This document shows positions 1 through 6,346 of a stretch of 24,000 nt of DNA, one piece after another. This DNA comes from an uncultured Candidatus Saccharibacteria bacterium (lineage in GTDB: Bacteria; Patescibacteriota; Minisyncoccia; Phycocordibacterales; UBA2100), in NCBI GenBank assembly GCA_964363895.1, contig CAYIJV010000001.1, positions 20,607-44,606 of the forward strand, read 5' to 3'. Positions within the stretch are counted from its first letter, which is position 1. Each line of letters starts with the position of its first letter. The notes beneath the pieces are model-generated. The model had not been told where the DNA came from. It made no database searches and saw only the letters and a list, made by a program, of their open reading frames with translations. Made by a program: the position numbers and the translations under genes.

Positions 1-2
1 AC

Positions 3-413
3 GGCCACTACCATGTGGGCGATTTGGACGAAACGTATTGGCTTGTGCATGGTGTGGGTATCGCGTTGCTGCAGAAAATGGTGGTGGATAATGGCGCGCC
101 ACAGCCGGACAGGATCGAGGAATTCAAAGCGATTTCCATCAAAGCGGGGGATTCTGTGTATATGCCGCCTGGTTACGGCCATCTTGTCGTAAACACCGGC
201 GCAGAGTGGCTTGTGACTGCGGATAACAGCCCCATTCTGGGGACAGGCGATTCCGCTTCAATGCCTGGACATGCCGATTATGAAGCTGTTAAAAAGATGC
301 GCGGTTTTGCGTACTACGTCGTTGAAAAGAACGGCACACCCACGCTTGTCCCGAACACGCTTTATAAAGAGGTTAGAAAAACCGATTTCGGCGGTATCGC
401 TTTTATGAGCTGA
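3..413 (+). CDS. Glucose-6-phosphate isomerase, cupin type (N-terminus cut by window edge)
   Basis: The frame is open from base 3 (GHYHVGDLDETYW...), so the listed GTG at 15 is internal. Cupin PGI metal-binding motifs GHYH and PPGYGHLVVNTG are present. Stop TGA at 411-413. Confidence 0.75.
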   Translation, partial: GHYHVGDLDETYWLVHGVGIALLQKMVVDNGAPQPDRIEEFKAISIKAGDSVYMPPGYGHLVVNTGAEWLVTADNSPILGTGDSASMPGHADYEAVKKMRGFAYYVVEKNGTPTLVPNTLYKEVRKTDFGGIAFMS

Positions 414-417
414 TATA

Positions 418-435
418 CAACAATGTACATTGTTG
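418..435. promoter_or_regulatory. 18-bp perfect palindrome CAACAATGTACATTGTTG covering the kinase start codon
   Basis: All 9 pairs checked base by base. The ATG at 423-425 lies inside the left arm. Confidence 0.35.
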
Positions 436-1214
436 CAGATATTGGTGGGACGAATATGCGCGTCGCCGCGGCTTCGGCGGACTCGTTGGGTGAAATAAAA
501 AAAGTCCCGACGCCAAGAGATCCGTTGGAAGGAATTGCAAAGTTTGTTGAATTAGCACGCGAGTGCGCGCGCGGAGAGAAAATCACTGCAGTTACAGGTT
601 GTGTTGCGGGAAGCGTGAGCAACTCTGGTGAGATATCAGAAGCACGTAATTTGCGCGCGTGGGAAGGGATGAATATTGTGCAAAAACTCTCGGAAGTCTT
701 CGGCGTTTCTGTACGCATGGTCAATGATGCGGCGCTCGCGGGCTTGGGAGAAGCGTACGCGGGAGCGGGAAGAGGAGCGACGGCACTTGCGTACGTCACT
801 GTTTCGACGGGCGTTGGAGGAGGGTGGATAGTTGACGGAAGAATCGCTGCCGCTGGCGGTGTCGCTAGCATCAAAGTAAATGGCACTGACCTTGAGGACA
901 TTGTTTCGGGGACAGCTGTAACAAAGAAATTTGGCATTCACCCTAAAGATCTTGATTCAGTGGAGGAGCGAAATAAACTTGCGGACATACTTGCAGAAGG
1001 ACTTCGTGTAGTAACCGAGCGATGGTCGCCAGACACTATTGTGCTCGGAGGTTCAATGATAGTCGGCGTAAATCCCATTCCAATTTCGCGCGTCCAAGAA
1101 TCGCTCAACAAACTTCTCGCAATGTATCCGAGACCTCCGTTCATAAAAATGGCAGAGCTCGGGGACAATGGCGGTCTCTGGGGCGGACTCGCTCTCCTCA
1201 AGCAGAGGATATAG
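423..1214 (+). CDS. ROK/ASKHA-superfamily sugar kinase (putative glucokinase)
   Basis: N-terminal phosphate-1 motif MYIVADIGGTNMRVA, a DAALAGLGE motif and a GVGGG motif. It sits next to PGI. It is short (263 aa) and I saw no clear ROK Cys zinc motif. Confidence 0.7.
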   Translation: MYIVADIGGTNMRVAAASADSLGEIKKVPTPRDPLEGIAKFVELARECARGEKITAVTGCVAGSVSNSGEISEARNLRAWEGMNIVQKLSEVFGVSVRMVNDAALAGLGEAYAGAGRGATALAYVTVSTGVGGGWIVDGRIAAAGGVASIKVNGTDLEDIVSGTAVTKKFGIHPKDLDSVEERNKLADILAEGLRVVTERWSPDTIVLGGSMIVGVNPIPISRVQESLNKLLAMYPRPPFIKMAELGDNGGLWGGLALLKQRI

Positions 1215-1815
1215 TCTTTTTTCTCTGCTTTAGAAACTCTAGCACCAGCGGTATACACGTTGCGATGATAATGAGGATGATGATAGGAGTCAGGAATCTC
1301 TCGATGCCGGGGATTTTCCCTCCCAGATAGTAGCCAATGAAGGTAACACCCGACGCCCAGGCCAAAGCGCCCATGATGTTGTAGATAAGGAATGTTCGAT
1401 ACCTCATACGAACGATGCCTGCGACGATGGGTGTAAAAGTGCGTACGATGGGTACGAAACGCGCTAGTACTATGGCTAGAAAACCGTGCCGCTCATAGAA
1501 TACTTTTGCCTGTTCCAGATGTTCGTGATGGAAAAATCGAGAATCGGGACGCAAGAAAAGCCGTACACCGACTTTTGCACCAAACCAATAGCCTACGTTG
1601 TCACCGAGAATTGCCGCAATTGTGAGAAGCGGAATAAGAATCCACACGTTGAAAAATCCTTGAGATGCGAGCAATCCCGCAGTGAATAGCATCGAAGCTC
1701 CTGGGAGGAAGAAGCCGAAGAAAACTCCGGATTCGAGGAAGACCGTCGCAAAGAGGCCGGGGTAGCCGACGAATTGGATAATGGCAGTCAAAGAAAACTC
1801 GGGCATTCGAGGCAT
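1198..1815 (-). CDS. DedA/SNARE-associated family membrane protein
   Basis: Typical DedA strings FLESGVFFGFFLPG and ARFVPIVRTFTPIVAG, with multiple hydrophobic spans. Its 3' end overlaps the convergent kinase gene by 17 nt. Confidence 0.85.
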   Translation of the reverse strand: MPRMPEFSLTAIIQFVGYPGLFATVFLESGVFFGFFLPGASMLFTAGLLASQGFFNVWILIPLLTIAAILGDNVGYWFGAKVGVRLFLRPDSRFFHHEHLEQAKVFYERHGFLAIVLARFVPIVRTFTPIVAGIVRMRYRTFLIYNIMGALAWASGVTFIGYYLGGKIPGIERFLTPIIILIIIATCIPLVLEFLKQRKKTISSA

Positions 1816-1842
1816 TATAACGCATCTGTGCCCAAAATTATT

Positions 1843-1863
1843 TCGTTCGGTCTAGACGAACGA
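1843..1863 (-). terminator. Possible terminator hairpin at the glyA 3' end
   Basis: TCGTTCG (1843-1849) pairs with CGAACGA (1857-1863). On the minus strand it is followed by AAATAATTTTG. It spans the glyA stop codon. Confidence 0.35.
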
Positions 1864-3117
1864 TTCAGGAACAGGAAACCTTGCGCACATCGTCCGTATT
1901 TCCTCCCGAACGGCGGAGAGCTTTTTTGTATCGCTCTTATTCTTCATTACATCTACCATGAGCTCGGCGACGCGCGCACTTTCTTTTTCGGTGAATTTCC
2001 GTGTCGTGATAGCTGGCGTGCCGAAGCGGATGCCAGAAGGGTCCATCGGCTTGCGTGTGTCATCGGCGATTGAGTTTTTGTTCAAAGTGATACCCGCATG
2101 GTCGAGCAGCGTTTCCGCCTCATGTCCGGAAATGCCAAGCGAGCCGAAAACATCGGCGAGGAGCAGGTGGTTGCTGGTGCCGCCAGTGAGCAGGCGGATA
2201 TTGTTTTCCAGGAACACTTTTTCCATTGCCTTTGCATTTTTCAGGATTTGATGCGCATAGGTTTTAAATGACGGCATGAGCGCCTCGCCGAACGCGACTG
2301 CTTTTGCGGCGATGTTGTTCATGTGTGGTCCTCCCTGAAGACCCGGGAAGACCATCTTATCTATCTTTTTGCCGACCTCCTCGCTTTCGCGAGTCAGAAT
2401 GAGGCCCCCGCGTGGACCGCGAAGGGTCTTGTGAGTGGTCGAGGTCATCACGTCGAACCCGAAATCAAATGGACTTTTCACCGCCTTACCTGCAATCAAT
2501 CCTGCGATATGTGCAATGTCCATGACAGCGTATGCACCAACTTCGCGAGCTATTTCGACGAATTTTGCATAATTCAATTCACGGGGATACGCGGAAAATC
2601 CTGCGAGCACGATCTTAGGCTTTTCCTTTTGCGCGACTGTACGCATCTCATCGTAATCGATCTCCCCTGTGTTCGGGTCTTTCATCTTATAGCGCACGAA
2701 GTTGAAGATCTTTGTGAGATAGGTGACAGGATGCCCGTGTGTGAGGTGGCCGCCATGCGAGAGATCCATTCCGAGGACCGTGTCGCCTGGCTCAAGAAGA
2801 GCGAAGTACATCGCGATATTTGCGTTTGCGCCACCGAGAGTCTGTACATTGGCATATTTGCAATTAAAAAGTTTCTTCGCGCGTTCGATTGCGAGTATTT
2901 CCACTGCGTCTGTATACGTCTGTCCACCGTAGTAGCGTTTTCCGGGATACCCTTCGGAATATTTGTTGGTCAGACATGAGCCATTAGCCTCACGTACGGC
3001 GCGAGATACATAATTTTCGGAGGGAATCAATTCGAGCCCTTCTGATTCGCGCTTCTCTTCGCCTTCGAGAGCGTCGAATATTTCTTGGTCTTGTTTTTGC
3101 ACATGTGAATAATCCAT
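1852..3117 (-). CDS. glyA: Serine hydroxymethyltransferase
   Basis: Full-length 421 aa with the SHMT hallmarks LELIPSENY, YSEGYPGKRYYGG and the PLP-lysine motif TSTTHKTLRGPRGG. Confidence 0.95.
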   Translation of the reverse strand: MDYSHVQKQDQEIFDALEGEEKRESEGLELIPSENYVSRAVREANGSCLTNKYSEGYPGKRYYGGQTYTDAVEILAIERAKKLFNCKYANVQTLGGANANIAMYFALLEPGDTVLGMDLSHGGHLTHGHPVTYLTKIFNFVRYKMKDPNTGEIDYDEMRTVAQKEKPKIVLAGFSAYPRELNYAKFVEIAREVGAYAVMDIAHIAGLIAGKAVKSPFDFGFDVMTSTTHKTLRGPRGGLILTRESEEVGKKIDKMVFPGLQGGPHMNNIAAKAVAFGEALMPSFKTYAHQILKNAKAMEKVFLENNIRLLTGGTSNHLLLADVFGSLGISGHEAETLLDHAGITLNKNSIADDTRKPMDPSGIRFGTPAITTRKFTEKESARVAELMVDVMKNKSDTKKLSAVREEIRTMCARFPVPESFV

Positions 3118-3169
3118 AGGGAGGATTTAGAAAGAATAATAATGGGATATTGTGTAGCTAAATCATATA

Positions 3170-3787
3170 TTAGTTAGATAGTACCGATTGTACGGCATTC
3201 TCCACCTGCGTCCAGACCTCTACAAGCGGTTTATCTGCATCGATAATCATGGGCGTCCCAAATTCTGCAATGTGCTTTTTATATCCCTCGCGCACGCGAA
3301 TATGGAAATCGAGTTCCTCGTTGTCGAATCTAGTCGGCTCATCAGGGCGCGAGCGGGCACGCGCGATGCCGATCTCTGGCGTGACGTCGAGCAGTATACA
3401 CGCATCGGGTATATACCCCTTAAGCATAGAATCCGAAACTGCACGATAGAGTGGTAAGAGTTCGGGTCGTTGTCGTCCATAAATCTGGTAAGCGATGGAT
3501 GAAAGCGCAAAACGATTTGAAACGACGATCTTGCCCGAATCAAGCGCTGGTTTGATTATTTCCGCGATCATTTGTGCGCGTCCGGCAAGAAATAATAATA
3601 GTTCGCTACGCACATCAATGCCTTTTGTCTTGTCTGACATGAGGAGTTCGCGAATTTCCTCGCCAAGTCTCGTACCTCCGGGATCTTGGGTGTATACAAA
3701 ATCTGGATATGCTTTTTTGAGTCGCTCGACGATTGTCGTTTTACCCGACCCTTCGCCACCCTCGAATACAATGAATTTTCCGCGCAT
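3170..3787 (-). CDS. tmk: Thymidylate (dTMP) kinase
   Basis: P-loop FIVFEGGEGSGKTT, a DRF-like NRFALSSIAYQ motif, and a lid region RSRPDEPTRFD. The gene starts 4 nt after the upstream deaminase stop. Confidence 0.9.
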   Translation of the reverse strand: MRGKFIVFEGGEGSGKTTIVERLKKAYPDFVYTQDPGGTRLGEEIRELLMSDKTKGIDVRSELLLFLAGRAQMIAEIIKPALDSGKIVVSNRFALSSIAYQIYGRQRPELLPLYRAVSDSMLKGYIPDACILLDVTPEIGIARARSRPDEPTRFDNEELDFHIRVREGYKKHIAEFGTPMIIDADKPLVEVWTQVENAVQSVLSN

Positions 3788-3790
3788 GTT

Positions 3791-4288
3791 TTATTCTACA
3801 TCGGCAAACTGCCTGCCGATAACATTGCCATGGTGCGCTTTGTTGAAAAGTCTTTCACTGCCTTCAAGGAGGTAGACGTTTTCGATGCCTGACTCGATGA
3901 TCGCATTCCAACATGGCGCGCACGCCCACCAATGCCCCCAGAGATAGAGATCGGCACCCACAGTGTCGTGGCCGTTTTTCATTGCATCGGCAATTGCACG
4001 CGGCTCGCTATGGTTTTTTGGATGGCAACCTTCACACAATTCGTAGCCGTGTCCGGTCGGGATCCCGCGCTTCACGCGCTCGCAGCCGTGCTCGGTATGA
4101 TAATTGCTTCCGTTGGCCCCGCGCCCGATCACCTCGCCGCCTCTCACAACTACGGATCCTGTTTTGACCACATCATCGAGCGAATGGAGTTTCGCATATT
4201 CCCGCGCCTCTTGTATGAAAGGATTGTGCGCATCGACGTAGCGCATGATGCGGCCAGTCGGGATGTAAGGATAGTCAATAGACAACAT
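3791..4288 (-). CDS. Deoxycytidylate (dCMP) deaminase, CMP/dCMP deaminase zinc-binding family
   Basis: Zinc motifs HSE (NHSEPRAI) and CAPC (WACAPCWNAI), plus an extra CEGC/H cluster as in dCMP deaminases. VVRGGEVIGRGANG core. Confidence 0.8.
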   Translation of the reverse strand: MLSIDYPYIPTGRIMRYVDAHNPFIQEAREYAKLHSLDDVVKTGSVVVRGGEVIGRGANGSNYHTEHGCERVKRGIPTGHGYELCEGCHPKNHSEPRAIADAMKNGHDTVGADLYLWGHWWACAPCWNAIIESGIENVYLLEGSERLFNKAHHGNVIGRQFADVE

Positions 4289-4331
4289 AGCGCCAATGTA
4301 CCATGCCTTCGACTAGATTCTTTCTGATAGG

Positions 4332-4337
4332 TATAAT
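4332..4337 (+). promoter_or_regulatory. TATAAT -10 box 6 nt upstream of the thyA-family ATG (leaderless-type promoter)
   Basis: A consensus TATAAT at 4332-4337 with the ATG at 4344 and no SD between them. The 55-nt divergent intergenic region is shared with the dCMP deaminase operon. Confidence 0.4.
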
Positions 4338-4343
4338 CGCTCC

Positions 4344-5180
4344 ATGACCCGCTTTGACGAGATATATCAAGGATTGCTCGGACAGATCTTCGAGCGGGGT
4401 GTACGGGAGAAAAATGAGCGCACCGGTCATGAGGTCATGGCCATTCCGGGACTTCACTTCTCACTCGATGTGGAGAAAGAAGGTTTTCCGCTTCTTACAT
4501 TGCGCAAAATTCCGGTCAAAATGTTCGTAGCCGAGCAAGTGTGGTTTATTGCCGGAGTTAGAAAGCCTGCCGATTTTTTGCGCGACTACACAAAGATTTG
4601 GGACAGCTTCACGAACCCCGCCGATGTCGTCACCGTGGCGTATGGCTATCGGTGGCGGAAACATTTCGGGAGAGACCAGATCAAACTCCTCATAGATCTC
4701 TTGAAAAAAGAACCAAGTTCGCGGCATGGTGTTGTCGTTACATGGGACCCTGCTTCGGATGGTTTGGGTGTCACAAAAAAGAAGAACGTGCCGTGTCCGT
4801 ACACGTTTACCGTCAATATAATCGGAGGCAGATTGAATTTGCATAACGTTGTCCGTTCCAATGACATGGTCTTGGGTTTCCCGTCGGATGTCGCCGGATT
4901 CGCCTTGTTACAGACTATTCTGGCACAGAAGCTGAATGTCGGGGTGGGCGTGTACTCACATTCCATCTCGAATGCGCACATCTATGACAATCAATACGAT
5001 GCGGTGAAGGAACTACTACAGCGCGAGAATACTCATGTGCCTATACGCATAACACTCCCTAAGAGCTCTTTTGAAAGGGCGGAAAAAAAGGACCACAAAT
5101 TGGTCGACGAGATTGTTTCTCAATTTACGTTACAATACCAACCACAACCCGCAATTACCGGCCTCTCAATTGTCCTGTAG
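4344..5180 (+). CDS. thyA: Thymidylate synthase (ThyA) family protein, atypical: Asp at the Asn177-equivalent position
   Basis: Aligns without gaps to the ThyA core: ERTG, AEQVWF, YGYRWR, catalytic Cys in VPCPY (codon 4794-4796), RSNDMVLGFPSDVAGFALL, AHIYDNQ. Asp182 (GAT, 4887-4889) replaces the conserved Asn. Confidence 0.85.
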   Translation: MTRFDEIYQGLLGQIFERGVREKNERTGHEVMAIPGLHFSLDVEKEGFPLLTLRKIPVKMFVAEQVWFIAGVRKPADFLRDYTKIWDSFTNPADVVTVAYGYRWRKHFGRDQIKLLIDLLKKEPSSRHGVVVTWDPASDGLGVTKKKNVPCPYTFTVNIIGGRLNLHNVVRSNDMVLGFPSDVAGFALLQTILAQKLNVGVGVYSHSISNAHIYDNQYDAVKELLQRENTHVPIRITLPKSSFERAEKKDHKLVDEIVSQFTLQYQPQPAITGLSIVL

Positions 5181-5189
5181 AATATCGCC

Positions 5190-5825
5190 ATGGCAATTCT
5201 TACAAAGAAGGAAATACTCGATCGCGTAAAAAGCGGGAATATCGCGTTCTACCCAGGTCTCGACCGCTTCCAATTACAGATGCATGCTGTCGATCTTCGC
5301 CTTGGCTTTACTTTTCTCATTCCAAAGGTCTGGAAGATGACATCAAAGGGGCGACAGGCGCTCTCGATCGATCCCCTGAAGGATCATGGACCGGAGTATT
5401 TTGATGTTATTGAGCTTGAGCAAGGGCAGTGTTTTGAATTGTTGCCGCAGGAGTACGTGCTGGTCTCGACATTCGAGACGATCAAGGTGCCAAATGACTT
5501 GATGGCGGTCTTGTACCCGCGCTCATCGGTGAATCGTAAGGGGCTTTCCGTCGACCTGACAGGCATCATCGATTCCGGCTACGAGGGACCGCTCACGCTT
5601 CCTATACGCAACAACACGCGCTCGCAAACTATCCAGTTGCACCCGGGCGAAAGATTTTGTCAGATCGTCTTTGAGGAGCTGAAACACAAAATCGAACCGC
5701 AAAAAAGTCGCTGGCATCAGAAAGATGTGGTGGAGAAGGGGAAGAAGGAGAAATCAGCCGAAATGAAACTCGTGTTTAGCGGCGATCTCAAAAAATTAAA
5801 GTCTGATTTTTCGGCTCTCGAATAA
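5190..5825 (+). CDS. dcd: dCTP deaminase/dUTPase-superfamily protein (Dcd-like; deaminase Glu not conserved)
   Basis: Dcd-type N-terminus (ILTKKEILDRV...VDLRLG), PRSSVNRKGL, GIIDSGYEGPLTLPIRN. Pro138 (CCT, 5601-5603) occupies the column of the catalytic Glu of E. coli Dcd and M. jannaschii DCD-DUT. Lys-rich C-terminal tail. Confidence 0.65.
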   Translation: MAILTKKEILDRVKSGNIAFYPGLDRFQLQMHAVDLRLGFTFLIPKVWKMTSKGRQALSIDPLKDHGPEYFDVIELEQGQCFELLPQEYVLVSTFETIKVPNDLMAVLYPRSSVNRKGLSVDLTGIIDSGYEGPLTLPIRNNTRSQTIQLHPGERFCQIVFEELKHKIEPQKSRWHQKDVVEKGKKEKSAEMKLVFSGDLKKLKSDFSALE

Positions 5826-5827
5826 CC

Positions 5828-6346
5828 ATGGCCGCTCGAATCTGTGCCGTTGTTGCCATCGGGAAGAATAGAGAACTCGGCAAAGACGGAAAATTGCTCT
5901 GGCGCATTCCTGATGATCTAAGGCGCTTTAAACGATTAACTCTCGGATACCCGATAATTTTAGGCCGCAAGACATTTGAATCAATCGTCGAATATCTGGG
6001 TAAACCTCTGCCGGAGAGAACGAATATAGTGGTTTCTCGCAAAGGACCGTCCTTTGTAGATTCCCAAGGACGGTCCTTTGCAAACGTTGTTGTCGCCTCT
6101 TCGCTCGAAGAGGCAATCGCAAGCGCGAGGGAACTCAACTCCGAAGAAATTCACATTGGTGGCGGTGCTGAAATTTACAAACAAGCTCTATCATATATAG
6201 ACAAGCTGTATCTCACGCTTATAGACGATAAAAAGGATGCGGACACCTTCTTCCCGCCGTATGAAGATCAATTCACAAAGAAAGTATTTGAAGAATCGCA
6301 CGAATGGAATGGCATTAAATATCGGTGGGTGGATTTAGAGCGTTAG
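5828..6346 (+). CDS. folA: Dihydrofolate reductase
   Basis: VVAIGKNRELGKDGKLLWRIPDDLRRFKRLTLGYPIILGRKTFESI and IGGGAEIY motifs. The start lies 2 nt after the upstream stop. Confidence 0.9.
   Translation: MAARICAVVAIGKNRELGKDGKLLWRIPDDLRRFKRLTLGYPIILGRKTFESIVEYLGKPLPERTNIVVSRKGPSFVDSQGRSFANVVVASSLEEAIASARELNSEEIHIGGGAEIYKQALSYIDKLYLTLIDDKKDADTFFPPYEDQFTKKVFEESHEWNGIKYRWVDLER

Noticed and set aside
362-937. A 191-aa minus-strand ORF, plus other long antisense or alternate-frame ORFs (636-941, 2323-2979, 7779-8216, 8814-9407, 12276-12686, 14465-15022, 15639-16142, 16167-16502, 22061-22483).
   Set aside because: Each lies entirely within a gene that has strong family motifs, either on the opposite strand or, for 15639-16142 and 16167-16502, in another frame of the same strand. 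Their translations are low-complexity (Arg/Ser/Pro/Ala-rich) with no recognisable motifs. They are typical shadow ORFs of ~50% GC coding DNA.
3800-3820. ATCGGCA-n7-TGCCGAT hairpin containing GCCTGCC at the 3' end of the dCMP deaminase gene, as a third copy of the purL/purB element.
   Set aside because: It shares only 7-8 nt with the element core, which is within chance expectation. It is more simply an ordinary small hairpin at the cd-tmk junction.
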